Counted from the stretch's first letter, positions 17,164 to 27,988 are shown. The stretch: 64,000 bases of DNA from Promethearchaeota archaeon (GCA_016840165.1 JAEOSU010000072.1:270566-334565), one strand, 5' to 3'. Translations and numbers: made by a program. Notes: generated from the sequence alone by a model not told the origin.

Positions 17164-19419
17164 TTATTTTGGTTTTAATGTTTGTTTAGACTCGAGATTT
17201 TCTGAAATAGCTTCTTTTGTAAAGAGATAGGGAATATACTTTCCTTTCACCCAAAGTTTAATTAAATCTTTATAATGTTTATGAAAGGGAAGACCAGATT
17301 GACCACCAGGAAGGGCTCCTATAGAATTATCCCAGTTTGAGAGATCATGAATCTGACGATAAGATGGCCCAGAGAGCACATCGAATCCTTCAGAAGGATC
17401 ATAAGAGCCCGGATTTAAAGTATTTCCATCTCCTCCAATTTTAAAAGGACCAGCGTTTAGGATTTTTGCTTGTTCGTTAGCTTGTGAAAAGGGATGCGTC
17501 AATGTGAGTGTATGAAGTCTCCCCCACATCCATTTATCGGATCTAGAACCAAAAAGGTTAGATAGGTAATCTAAAGCTCTTTCTAAAGCCTTAAGTAGTA
17601 ATTTTGAGATCTCTGCTTCCTTGTTTCTATACAAGGATTCAAAAATTTGTTTCAAATTGAAAGGTCGACTTCCAAGAGCCATATGAGCCACCTTTGTACC
17701 TAGTATAGATTCTAATACAGATTTTTGAGTCTCACTATACCAGACTTTAAATATAGTTCCGGCAATAGTTGTTTTTGTCAAAAAATAGTTCCATTTTTCT
17801 AAGTAAGAAATAGAATCTTGAACATTCGATAAATCTTTGTTCTCTTTTAAATATTGAAGCATAATGGGTAATAGTTCTGCGGCCTCTTCTGTAAATCTAT
17901 CGAGCTGGAAAGCCTTAAAATCCTCAATCGATAATTTTTCTTTGGATTGAAGTAGCTTCTTTAATCTTAATTGTCTATATGGAGCGATTCTATCTTCTGC
18001 GATTAATAATCCATTTGGTGCTTTTTCTACGTTGTAATTTGCAGTATAAACAAAACCTCGTTCTGGGTTATAGAGGGAATATAATTTATCAAATTCAGAG
18101 ATCCCTTCCCAGTCATATTTTTCATCATCCCCAGGACTTATACTTGCTCCGTTTCCATATTTTCTTACAGGTATTTTTCCTCCATGTTGATGTCCAATAT
18201 TACCAGCGATATCTCCATAAATGAAGTTTTGTGGATTTATTGTTATAAGAGATAAGGCCTCTCTGAATTCTTGCCAACTTGAAGCTTTATTGATTCCTTT
18301 AAATCCTTTTAGATTATTAATAAGATCCGCATTATAACTAGACCATTTTAATGCGTATTTACCTTCTATAAAAAAGGGATATATCTGATTATAATTCTCA
18401 AAGTAATTAATTACAGGTCCGAATCTACTGCGATAGACAGGATATTTTAGTGGTTTTGATTCACCTTTGATATGGATTACTTCTTCATCAATTTCAAAAT
18501 CTACCCATTTACCATTATAGCGATATTGCTTTTCATCATTTGGATTTATAGTTAATTTAAATAAATCTGTTGTATCAGCCATAACATTAGTTAAGCCCCA
18601 AGCAATTGATTCATTATGACCTATTACAACTGCAGGTACTCCAGGAAGAGAAGTACCTAGGACATTAAGATCGGGACAATTTAAATGAATTAAGAACCAT
18701 AATGCTGGGTTGGTTAGTGGTAGATGGGGATCATTAGCTAATAATACAGATCCACTTTGAGATTTTTTCGGGCTTACCGCCCACGAGTTGCTCCCAACAG
18801 ATTCATCAACCAACATTTCAGAGTTAAAAGGTATAATTAAGTTAGCTGTTTTCTTTCCATTTTTAATTGTTATATACTCTCTTAGGATTTCATATGGATA
18901 ATTCCAACTACTTAATGACCATTCGATCATACTAATGATTTTAAAACAATCCTCTAATTTCCATGCATCAGGTTTAAAATTTAATACATGATATTCAATA
19001 GGTAAACTATTTTCTATTATTTGGATTCTTGTATTTACACCTTTTATATAAGAGTCCATAAATTTAAAATCTTCAGAATTTTTCTTTCTTTCGAGATCTC
19101 GAGCACATCTTTGAGCAATATGGTATAAACCGATTTCTCTATAATGCTTATCACTGGCTATTGAACCCTTTCCAGTGATTTCAGAAAGAGTCCCGGAAAT
19201 TAATCTTCTAAAGGTTTCCATTTGCCATAATCTATGACCTGCATGGATATATCCTTGCGTAAAATATAGATCATATATATCGTTAGCAAAAACATGTGGT
19301 ATACCCCATTTATCCCACAGTATTTCTACACTAGCATTTAAACCTTTAACAGTTTCTTCTCCTTGCATCAATGGAAATGATTTTTTGGCAATTTCTAACA
19401 TTTCTTCCATAATTATCAC
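17164..19419 (-). CDS. Penicillin acylase family Ntn-hydrolase (peptidase S45)
   Basis: DKWGIPHVFA, GSNSWAV nucleophile, LANDPHL, PGGQSG. Confidence 0.9.
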   Translation of the reverse strand: MIIMEEMLEIAKKSFPLMQGEETVKGLNASVEILWDKWGIPHVFANDIYDLYFTQGYIHAGHRLWQMETFRRLISGTLSEITGKGSIASDKHYREIGLYHIAQRCARDLERKKNSEDFKFMDSYIKGVNTRIQIIENSLPIEYHVLNFKPDAWKLEDCFKIISMIEWSLSSWNYPYEILREYITIKNGKKTANLIIPFNSEMLVDESVGSNSWAVSPKKSQSGSVLLANDPHLPLTNPALWFLIHLNCPDLNVLGTSLPGVPAVVIGHNESIAWGLTNVMADTTDLFKLTINPNDEKQYRYNGKWVDFEIDEEVIHIKGESKPLKYPVYRSRFGPVINYFENYNQIYPFFIEGKYALKWSSYNADLINNLKGFKGINKASSWQEFREALSLITINPQNFIYGDIAGNIGHQHGGKIPVRKYGNGASISPGDDEKYDWEGISEFDKLYSLYNPERGFVYTANYNVEKAPNGLLIAEDRIAPYRQLRLKKLLQSKEKLSIEDFKAFQLDRFTEEAAELLPIMLQYLKENKDLSNVQDSISYLEKWNYFLTKTTIAGTIFKVWYSETQKSVLESILGTKVAHMALGSRPFNLKQIFESLYRNKEAEISKLLLKALERALDYLSNLFGSRSDKWMWGRLHTLTLTHPFSQANEQAKILNAGPFKIGGDGNTLNPGSYDPSEGFDVLSGPSYRQIHDLSNWDNSIGALPGGQSGLPFHKHYKDLIKLWVKGKYIPYLFTKEAISENLESKQTLKPK

Positions 19420-19632
19420 GGTTAATTAGTAAATTACGATGGTATAATGTTATATATTATGTCCTTTTAAAATTTAAAGATATAGAAGAATAACGTATAT
19501 CTCAATAAGATTTTTTAGAATAAGGATTAAACAAAAATTTATGATTTCCATCAATCGCTAAATATATATGCCTCAATTACCATGTAGATAATATTCATAA
19601 TTTTTCCAGAGGAAGTTGTTAAAGATCGCATA

Positions 19633-20889
19633 ATGGATGATTTAGAATCAAATTTGAAGATAGATAAATTCTATGGTATTTTACGTTCGGTTGATATAGA
19701 AATTGAACAAGAGGATATCTTTTATAGAAGTAAATATAATGATATAATGAATTATTTTAAGATGATTTTAACCCATAATGAGAATTCTTTACTTTACGAT
19801 TACTCCAAAATTGTTTCTCCACATGGATTACTTTTAGTAAAAATTAATCAGAATAGCGATATTAATGATTTTTTAAAACTAATAAGCAAAAACTATTTTT
19901 TAGACGTTATAGAGTTGAATTATGAGGAGATATTTTTCAGAGCCACTGATTTTTTTGAACATTTTCAAGAAATTGTTCAGGATATGATAAGCGCGGAAAA
20001 TGATATTAATAGCACTGAGATAAATGATAAGAATCCTGGAGAGAAAATTTTGAATACTTCTATAAAGAAAATCCTTATAATCGATGAAGGCCAACTAAAT
20101 TTTAATTTAAGTATACCAACGAATCTTTTAGAGGTTTTTATTAATTCTAAACTGAATAAGACAAATTTTATTGAAAAGAGTAGCTTATTGATTTGGATAA
20201 CGAATAAATTTAACAATATATCTATGAATTCACAGAAAATTTTTGATATATTCGATCTTTTTATTAATATCCCTTCTTTTGATGGCAGTGAAAGAGAAGC
20301 AGTTCTTAAGCACTTTTCAGAGTTATTTCCAAAAATTGTATTTGATGTAGAAACTATTGCAAATTATACAAAATTATGGGAGGTTAATGATTTTAAACAT
20401 TTATTAAAATTCGGAATTTTTAATCATTATCTTAAATCGGAATTAAACCAAAAATCGAATGAAATTACAGATGTCTTAATTGAGTTAATCGAGACAAGGG
20501 AATTTATACCTTCCATTAATTCAGAGATCCAAGATGATCAAGAAGATATAAGTGAGAATAATATTACTCAAATCAAAGGAGTGGATTTGAGAGCTTATGA
20601 AAATTTAAAAGCATATCGAAAAGAAATTCAAGAGGAAAATATTTCAGATTTTATGCGTAATCAGTTATATGAACATGCAGCTTCAAAACATTATAAAGAG
20701 CTACAGATCATTATCGAGAAAATAATCAAACATGAAGCACTTGAAGTCAATGATAGAGAAATATTGGCAAAATATCCCTTTATATTGAGTGAAAGTCCTC
20801 AGAAGGCGCTAATAGCACTGGAAAAAGCGAAGAAAAATATTAATCGAATTAACCAGATGTATAAAGATACGTGGAGAGCTCAAAATTAA
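19633..20889 (+). CDS. Degenerate AAA-ATPase-like protein
   Basis: Walker B-like ILIIDE, sensor-like IWITN, FDLFINIPSFDGSERE lid entry; no intact Walker A. Confidence 0.5.
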   Translation: MDDLESNLKIDKFYGILRSVDIEIEQEDIFYRSKYNDIMNYFKMILTHNENSLLYDYSKIVSPHGLLLVKINQNSDINDFLKLISKNYFLDVIELNYEEIFFRATDFFEHFQEIVQDMISAENDINSTEINDKNPGEKILNTSIKKILIIDEGQLNFNLSIPTNLLEVFINSKLNKTNFIEKSSLLIWITNKFNNISMNSQKIFDIFDLFINIPSFDGSEREAVLKHFSELFPKIVFDVETIANYTKLWEVNDFKHLLKFGIFNHYLKSELNQKSNEITDVLIELIETREFIPSINSEIQDDQEDISENNITQIKGVDLRAYENLKAYRKEIQEENISDFMRNQLYEHAASKHYKELQIIIEKIIKHEALEVNDREILAKYPFILSESPQKALIALEKAKKNINRINQMYKDTWRAQN

Positions 20890-20949
20890 AAATTATGTTG
20901 ATAGGGGATTAAAGTTTCAAACGCTAACAATTCAATATTCATAAGAAAA

Positions 20950-23900
20950 TTGATCTTAGAAAATTTTTTATCATTCCAGAAAGATGAGGTTGATTTTTTA
21001 GATAATTCCCAATCACAATTTCCCAAATTAATCTTAATAGTTGGTCCTAATTGGTCAGGAAAGACATCAATATTTCAAGCAATCAAATTTGTATTAGGGA
21101 GCAACGAACGTGACGAAAGATATAAGAAATGGTCTGATTTTATTCGGAATGGCCAAGATCATACTATGGTGCATATTGAAATTCAAAATCGCGATGATGT
21201 AATTAAACTTAGAAGATACGTAATCCGAGGGCAATCTCCCTACTTTGAATTGCAAAAATCAAATGAATCAAAATTTAAAAGAGTACAAGCTAAAACTGTT
21301 CAAAGAATCGTTAAAGAATTAAAAGTTAATCCAGATAATCATTTTGCTTTTGTTAGTCAAGGAAAAATCGATAGTATCAAAAATCTAAAGCCATATGAAT
21401 TAAGTAGTTTTTTAGAAGAGGGAATTGGACTGAAAGGATTAAGAGAAGAAATTTTAGGGGAAAAAAACTCAATCTCTAATTTAAACCAGGACTTTCAGTC
21501 GCTTACTGTAAAAGAAAATTCATTAAAACTCAATTTAGAACTTCTTACTCCAAAACTAAAAAGACTTGAAGAGAAAAAAAAGATATTAGATATTAGAAAA
21601 AAGGTAAACGACGAGTTATTATGGGCAAATAAGGAAAAAATACAAAAAGATATTGACAATCTTATTGCTAAGAGTTATGAAATTGAGGACTCAATTAGCT
21701 CACTTAAATCGGAATTAGCTAATTTTAACGTCTTATTGGCAGAAAAGGAGGAAAAAATCGCTGATATTGAGAAGGAGATAAATCAATTATCAAAGAAATT
21801 TGGCGAATTAGATTACCAAAAAAAAGAGCTAGTTGCACAGATTCAAGAGTGGCAACAAGAGAAAATAAAAGCAAAGCAAGAACTAGATAATATGGCAAAA
21901 GTTATATATCAAGAAAAAACAGAGTTTGAAAATCTACAAAATAAAAAGAAAAGCATTGAAAAAGAAAATCAGTTGCTTGCTAATGAACTCGCTAAATTTA
22001 ATGACCAATTAAACAATTTAATTAAGGAACAAAAAGATATATCCGTTAAGATTACTCAAAATAAAGAATTTTTAGTACAATATAATAAGTTAGTGCAGAC
22101 AAAAGAAGATTTCATGCAAAAGATTAAAGAGAATGCGACTAAAAAAGATGAAATCAACCTTGATATTGAAGAGATTTTTCAAAGTTTACAAGATATTGAT
22201 CATAAATTAAATACAAATAATTGGTTTTTAGAAAATCCTTCTCAAGATTTAGTAAAGCAGCTTGATCTGCAAATAAAGGAGATTTCACGAAAAATTTTCG
22301 AACTTGAATCAGAAAATGAGCGGATTCGTTATGATCAAGCTAAGAGTATAGACGAATTTAAAAAGCTTCAAAAATCTATTCAAGAAAGACGGATATTACT
22401 CCCTTCTAGTATTATTTTACTAAAGGAAGAGATTAAGAAACGAGGTTTAGAATATAAAGTTAAAGGTCCTATTATTGAATATTTAAAATATAATGATACT
22501 TTAAGCTATGCTATCGAATCGGTGTTAGGTGAACGTTTACTTTATAGTTTTGTAGTAAATGACTGGGATTCTCTAAGTTTGTTGAATCGATTAAAAAATA
22601 AAATCAATGCCTACTGTAATATATATATCACAAAAAATCTCACAGTCTCATCATATCCTCCATTCTCCGCTGATGGTTTAATTGGGTACTTAGTTGATTT
22701 AATTACTATACTAAATGATGATATTGATATTAAAAAAGTAATCTATTCGAAAGTAAGAAATTGTGTTGTTGTAGAAAATTACCATGCAGGTCAAGAGCTT
22801 TATATAAAACAAAATTTTAAGGGAAAATGTGTGACTTTAAAAGGAGAGCAGATTGTTTCATATAAATACGCATACGAGACACCCTATCTTAAGAAACTCA
22901 AAGGATTTTTTAGTATTGGAACACAGAAAGAACGGGCTCGAAATTTGGAGTCTCTAATTGAATCGTTAAACGAAAAAACTAGGGAAAAAAGGATAAAATT
23001 GTCCCAATTAGACGTCCAACAAAAAGAATTATATCACAAAAAAGATGCCTTTAATGATCTATTGTATAATTTCAATCAAAAGCAGCGGTTAACAGGAAAG
23101 AAAAATAATCTATACAAGCTAAGTTATTCATTGGAACAAGAAAACGAGGATTTTCGAAAAGAGTTAGACATTTTAGAAGAGAAGATTGAGAACTTTAAAA
23201 CTCAACGGGATCCCGAATTTTTTCACTGGAATGAACGGCTAAAAACGATTCCAATCGAAATTGATGAGTTAAATGATAAAATAAATATCTTGAATTCTGA
23301 ATATAATGAAAATAATGTAATTTTAGATACACTCAAAGAAAAAATAGATGAATTTCAGAATGCGATACTGCTTAAATCATCTGAATATGAACAAAAGCAA
23401 GAAATATTTCGCAAGGCTGATAAAAAAGCGTTTAGAATTTATCAGGATTTAGATAAAGTTGAAGATGAGATAAAAAGTATAGAAACATCTATTTTAAAGT
23501 CTCAAGAAGATAAGAAAATGTTCCAACAACAAAAACTCGAAATAGAAAAAGAAACACTCAATTATAAAATAGAATTTGAACAACAAAATATCAAGTTAAA
23601 AACGCTTAAGCAGGAGTTAAATATTAAAAACCAGAATCTTGAGCGTATAAAATCAGAAATCGATCCCTTATTCTCTTCACAAGAGATGCAAATAAGGCCA
23701 ATTGAAGAGATAAAGAAAGATATGGAAAAAATAGAAAGAGATTTGCTCAATTATGTCGACATCGATGACAGGATTTTAATTGAAAAAGAAGAGATCATAA
23801 ACAACTTATCACAGATTAAAAAAAATCAAAAGCTTCTCGAACAAGACATTAATGCAGCGATAGCGACTGAGAAAAAAATAGAACAAACATATTATAATAA

Positions 23901-24363
23901 ATTTAGTGAAGTGCTAACAACTCTACAAGAAAAAATCAATCATAAATTTGAGTTAGCAAAAATTAAAGCATATTGTTCACTCGAATTAATGGGTGATTTT
24001 GAAGAGCTAGGTATTAATATTAAGGCTGCAACCTCAAAAGATCAATTAAAATCATGTACTGCTTTAAGTGGTGGACAGATTTCTATGATTTCTATTTGTT
24101 TAATTCTTTCTCTACAGGAAATTAAACCATCTCCTTTATGCATGTTTGATGAAGCAGGTATGTTTCTTGACGACAAGAATTCTGAGGCGTCTTATCAAAT
24201 GATTAAAGCAACTTTAGAGCATAATCCAATTCAATTACTAATGTTTTTACCCAAATCATCCAATATTTTATTTTTATTAGCAGATAAATTAATAGGAGTT
24301 GCCAGGGTAGGGAAACGTGAAGCTTCTACAATATTTCATCCAAAAATTATTAGAGGAGAGTAA
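20950..24363 (+). CDS. SMC-family ATPase, SMC5/6-like (true start probably ~20908-20914)
   Basis: GPNWSGKT Walker A, NPDNHFAFVSQGKI Q-loop, long coiled coils, hinge (VKGPIIE..AIESVLG), LSGGQ signature, MFDEA Walker B. Confidence 0.85.
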   Translation: MILENFLSFQKDEVDFLDNSQSQFPKLILIVGPNWSGKTSIFQAIKFVLGSNERDERYKKWSDFIRNGQDHTMVHIEIQNRDDVIKLRRYVIRGQSPYFELQKSNESKFKRVQAKTVQRIVKELKVNPDNHFAFVSQGKIDSIKNLKPYELSSFLEEGIGLKGLREEILGEKNSISNLNQDFQSLTVKENSLKLNLELLTPKLKRLEEKKKILDIRKKVNDELLWANKEKIQKDIDNLIAKSYEIEDSISSLKSELANFNVLLAEKEEKIADIEKEINQLSKKFGELDYQKKELVAQIQEWQQEKIKAKQELDNMAKVIYQEKTEFENLQNKKKSIEKENQLLANELAKFNDQLNNLIKEQKDISVKITQNKEFLVQYNKLVQTKEDFMQKIKENATKKDEINLDIEEIFQSLQDIDHKLNTNNWFLENPSQDLVKQLDLQIKEISRKIFELESENERIRYDQAKSIDEFKKLQKSIQERRILLPSSIILLKEEIKKRGLEYKVKGPIIEYLKYNDTLSYAIESVLGERLLYSFVVNDWDSLSLLNRLKNKINAYCNIYITKNLTVSSYPPFSADGLIGYLVDLITILNDDIDIKKVIYSKVRNCVVVENYHAGQELYIKQNFKGKCVTLKGEQIVSYKYAYETPYLKKLKGFFSIGTQKERARNLESLIESLNEKTREKRIKLSQLDVQQKELYHKKDAFNDLLYNFNQKQRLTGKKNNLYKLSYSLEQENEDFRKELDILEEKIENFKTQRDPEFFHWNERLKTIPIEIDELNDKINILNSEYNENNVILDTLKEKIDEFQNAILLKSSEYEQKQEIFRKADKKAFRIYQDLDKVEDEIKSIETSILKSQEDKKMFQQQKLEIEKETLNYKIEFEQQNIKLKTLKQELNIKNQNLERIKSEIDPLFSSQEMQIRPIEEIKKDMEKIERDLLNYVDIDDRILIEKEEIINNLSQIKKNQKLLEQDINAAIATEKKIEQTYYNKFSEVLTTLQEKINHKFELAKIKAYCSLELMGDFEELGINIKAATSKDQLKSCTALSGGQISMISICLILSLQEIKPSPLCMFDEAGMFLDDKNSEASYQMIKATLEHNPIQLLMFLPKSSNILFLLADKLIGVARVGKREASTIFHPKIIRGE

Positions 24364-25014
24364 ATGTCGAATTCCACTATCATACCCCTAAAAGTACGAG
24401 ATAAATTAATTAAAATTAGGCAAGATATCTTATCAGGTAAAATTTCATTATTAAAACTAGAATTAAATCCTATATTTCAAGAAATTATTGATTCAGTCAA
24501 TATAACTAATATATTTCATTATTCTCCTCTTTACAAAGAAACAAATGAAATTTTATATCAAAAGTTTGAGGAATTAAAAAAACTCCTCATACGCATGGAT
24601 GATGAGCATAGGTATATACAGTTTTTAAAAAAATCTCCTACTGATTCTGCGATTGCTGCATTATTTAACGGATGTTGGAGGAAATCCTTTCAGATTGAGA
24701 GTATATCATTTGAATTTTTGCAGGACAGTCAACAAAAATTATTAGCTGCACATAGGGAGCCGATAAATATTAAGGAATTATCACGAATTCCTAGTAAAGA
24801 ACAATTTATTTTAGAGATACCCAAAAAAAAGTTTACTGAAAAGATGAATCACTATTTTATATCGATAGTTGATAAGCTACCATGTAATTTAGACGAAATA
24901 TTTGACATGGAGACCGATCAATTGGTAATTTATGAACATTTTATTTATCTTTTACATCTGCTCCAATTAGGGCGGGTTAAATATCAAAAAGAAACAAATA
25001 CATTATACTTATGA
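24364..25014 (+). CDS. Putative kleisin (ScpA/Nse4-like)
   Basis: Abuts smc; C-terminal FIYLLHLLQLGRV.Y resembles the kleisin C-terminal winged helix (F..LL.L...G.V). Confidence 0.55.
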   Translation: MSNSTIIPLKVRDKLIKIRQDILSGKISLLKLELNPIFQEIIDSVNITNIFHYSPLYKETNEILYQKFEELKKLLIRMDDEHRYIQFLKKSPTDSAIAALFNGCWRKSFQIESISFEFLQDSQQKLLAAHREPINIKELSRIPSKEQFILEIPKKKFTEKMNHYFISIVDKLPCNLDEIFDMETDQLVIYEHFIYLLHLLQLGRVKYQKETNTLYL

Positions 25015-25026
25015 GGGAATATAATA

Positions 25027-25551
25027 ATGAATGAGTTATCAGTTTTAATGCATCTATTAAGTCGACGAGTTAATAAGGTCCAGCTTGGTGCGACTGAGGA
25101 AGAAATATGTGATATATTAAATATTTCAGGAAAGCAACAGAAAAGCTCGTTTAGCCAATTAATTATAAATTTATCTCGTTATATCGAAATTTTAGGACTA
25201 AATATCAGTTATAATCCAGTTGATACACATTGGTATATCACTTATGAGCCTGAGATTTCAGATATCGTGAAAGCCAATCCTTTTGAAGATAAGCCTCGAT
25301 TAGCAGCTAGCCTATTTACTGTTCTTGTTAGTTGTATGGCGAATCTTGGATCATCAACCGTTTCTGAAATTGCTAAATTAAGGAAAAAGAAAGGAATTTT
25401 ATCCGATTTGAGAGAATTGGAAAATCAAGGATATATTAAATTAAATAAGGACTCGGGAGAGATATCCCTCACACCTTTGATAGGTTATGAATTGGATTTC
25501 AATCGTCTTTTAACTAATTTAGCTTTGCAAATGAAAGAAGATGAAACCTAA
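25027..25551 (+). CDS. Putative KITE (ScpB/Nse1-3-like) tandem winged-helix protein
   Basis: Two winged-helix-like halves (GATEEEICDIL; LRELENQGYI..ISLTP); third gene after smc and kleisin. Confidence 0.55.
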   Translation: MNELSVLMHLLSRRVNKVQLGATEEEICDILNISGKQQKSSFSQLIINLSRYIEILGLNISYNPVDTHWYITYEPEISDIVKANPFEDKPRLAASLFTVLVSCMANLGSSTVSEIAKLRKKKGILSDLRELENQGYIKLNKDSGEISLTPLIGYELDFNRLLTNLALQMKEDET

Positions 25552-25695
25552 AAGATATCTTGTTTTTTGGTTGGTATATAATATAGCTCAGACTGCAATG
25601 ATACTGTTTATGGATGAGACTTACAAGTATTATAATTTAAGAATAAAAAATTAGAATTTCCTGAACCTTGTATTAAATTTGAATGTTTCCTTAAC

Positions 25696-26331
25696 TTAAT
25701 GGGTTGTAGTGATTTGTAAAATCATTTCTGCAACGCGATCATTATATTTTTCAATATCGATAAAATTGTCAATTTTCTCTCCACAAGTCAGGTAAGTATC
25801 AACAATATTAATCTTTCTTGTTGTAAAAAAGTCATTAATCTTTTTTTTCATATCTTCAAGTTTTTTCTCTCGATCTCCTTCTAATAGATCAATTTTATTA
25901 ATACATACAAAGATTTTATCGGGGAAGAATCGTACATCGTTAAAGAAGTCAAATTGAACATCTAATTCACGATCACAACTAAATATTGCTATGATTTGGG
26001 TTGCTATTCTACTAATAGTTATTATGCCCATTTTCACTACAGCACGCTTCCTATCGCCTCCAGGTGCAAATATCGTATGAGCTCTTCCAGAATCAATCTC
26101 TCGAAAAACTACTCGATTAGGATGGATGGTTTTCGTTTCTTTTTCATTAAGAGTGTCTTCTTTATTCCCTGTGGGTACAGTTGCCTCACCAGAAAAATCA
26201 GTTTTTAAAACACTACATTTCTTTCCGCCTTCTACTTTTTCAATATCTCCCTTGTTTAAATATTTCACAAACAGGCGAAGAATAGAAGTCTTCCCTGCAC
26301 TCACATCTCCAAGAAGTCCAATATTAACCAT
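25696..26331 (-). CDS. Divergent Ras-superfamily small GTPase (MglA-like G3)
   Basis: G1 GDVSAGKT, G3 FAPGG (Asp absent), G4 NKID, G5 TCG. Confidence 0.8.
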   Translation of the reverse strand: MVNIGLLGDVSAGKTSILRLFVKYLNKGDIEKVEGGKKCSVLKTDFSGEATVPTGNKEDTLNEKETKTIHPNRVVFREIDSGRAHTIFAPGGDRKRAVVKMGIITISRIATQIIAIFSCDRELDVQFDFFNDVRFFPDKIFVCINKIDLLEGDREKKLEDMKKKINDFFTTRKINIVDTYLTCGEKIDNFIDIEKYNDRVAEMILQITTTH

Positions 26332-27143
26332 TATGACTCACCTTCCAATAATTTGTTTAGGAGTAATTCATAATCAGGAATCAAAAACTGTTCTAAATAT
26401 GCATTATTGTGAGATTCAATAAGCGCAATTAAAATTTCTTTTAAATTTTTTGCTTTCTCCGCATAATTGATTAAGTTTTCAGGAGATGGCTCAGCATCAA
26501 AACTTTTTGCCTTCTCTTCAAAACCTAATTTAGAACGATCAGGTAAACTATCAAAAAATCCAAAAGCGGAATAACCTTCATGTTGAAAAAATACAAAAAA
26601 TCGCGTTTTAATTGAATTTATAATTTTTGTAAGATAGGCGGAGGGATAAATCTCTCCCAGAGTAAGCTCTTCATCTTGTTCGATAACAAAATAAGGAGAT
26701 ATAGGAGAGACTTGATTTCCATACATCTCTTTTGGAGGTAATGAGATAAATGGAAGCTTTTCTGCTACGATTGTCCATAAATCTTCTCGCTTTTTATCCA
26801 ATAATATATCTTTTATCTCATCATATGCAAAATAGAAATCAGATTGTAAGGCTAAAAGTGAACTTAGATATACTGATAAGGACGCAAAAGTGGCTTCTAA
26901 GAGAGGTCTTCGTCCTTCATCGCTAGCTGAAGGTTTAACAGCTCCTTTCCATGCTCTAAGCCCCGTATACACAAAACCCTTAATATCAAAGAAGCTTCCT
27001 GAAAGAAATATAAAAGAAGGAATGAACCCTTTTTCTTTTATGAGAAAATCTCGCGATTTATTAATCAAAACTTCCTCGAGAGTTTTATCATTGTACTTAG
27101 AATGAACAACTGGCATTATCAGCCATTTTTTTCCTTTTGGCAA
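26331..27143 (-). CDS. Hypothetical protein translationally coupled to the GTPase
   Basis: 270-codon ORF; its TAA overlaps the GTPase ATG. Confidence 0.7.
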   Translation of the reverse strand: MPKGKKWLIMPVVHSKYNDKTLEEVLINKSRDFLIKEKGFIPSFIFLSGSFFDIKGFVYTGLRAWKGAVKPSASDEGRRPLLEATFASLSVYLSSLLALQSDFYFAYDEIKDILLDKKREDLWTIVAEKLPFISLPPKEMYGNQVSPISPYFVIEQDEELTLGEIYPSAYLTKIINSIKTRFFVFFQHEGYSAFGFFDSLPDRSKLGFEEKAKSFDAEPSPENLINYAEKAKNLKEILIALIESHNNAYLEQFLIPDYELLLNKLLEGES

Positions 27144-27288
27144 AGTTATGTCACATTAAATGTTATTTAAGAATATTATAAAAATACTGAATAATTAATT
27201 TTTTCCATTTTTATTAAACAATATGATATACTAATATAATTTATGCGAATAGATCTGTGATTATTTATTCCAAATTAATTACAGTGCA

Positions 27289-27927
27289 TTAATTAGTAGA
27301 TTTTTCGCAAGCTAATAATTCACGTATCTTTTCAGTAATTAAATCATAATCTTTTATTGAGTGTAAATTGGAAATGTGGATATATTCGATTTTATCAGTA
27401 TTTTTGTAAAAGCTATAGCTCACACTCAAATTAGGATTATTTTCTTTGATTTTAATCAAAGCTCCTCGTAAAAAAAGATTAATGAAACTTTCAGAAGTTT
27501 CTTTTATAGCCCTTGATTCGGGATCTATGAACTTGATTTCAACTTTTTTAAAATCATACAAGTTTAGGATACATAGAAGATTCTCTTCCTTCTGCTTTTT
27601 ATCGGAAAAAATTTTCCTCTTGACATTTGTACCTTTAAATTTATCTTCTGAAACATCCTCCTTAAAATAATCCTCAACCAAGATATTATTTTTTTTTAAT
27701 ACGTCTGGAAACATCTCATCTGCAGTAGAAAAGGATTTAGTGGTAATAATTGAATTGAGATAATTCAAAATTGAATGAATTTCAGAAATCTCATTCTGTA
27801 GTTCTTCTAGTTGATCTTTTTTCTTATAATAAAGATTTTGAAGCATAGAGAGCATTTGCGTTAATTTTTCTGTTTCCGTTTCCTTACCAGTCTTGTCCGA
27901 GGGCGTCATATATATTTTTAAAGACAT
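27289..27927 (-). CDS. Hypothetical protein with N-terminal coiled coil
   Basis: 212-codon ORF, heptad pattern in KKKDQLEELQNEISEI. Confidence 0.65.
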   Translation of the reverse strand: MSLKIYMTPSDKTGKETETEKLTQMLSMLQNLYYKKKDQLEELQNEISEIHSILNYLNSIITTKSFSTADEMFPDVLKKNNILVEDYFKEDVSEDKFKGTNVKRKIFSDKKQKEENLLCILNLYDFKKVEIKFIDPESRAIKETSESFINLFLRGALIKIKENNPNLSVSYSFYKNTDKIEYIHISNLHSIKDYDLITEKIRELLACEKSTN

Positions 27928-27988
27928 TTATTTTATTTATTTATTTAGTATTACTTGTGTTATTCAATATTTGTTAAGAGGAAAAATC

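Noticed and set aside
19633-25551. Wadjet/MksBEFG defence system
   Set aside because: No JetD/Toprim nuclease is present, and gene order and sizes differ from jetABCD.
27893-27988. Upstream extension of the RimK-family ORF (likewise 12372-12452 of the hydrolase)
   Set aside because: It overlaps the divergent gene or low-complexity AT-rich promoter DNA; the downstream ATG matches the family N-terminus.
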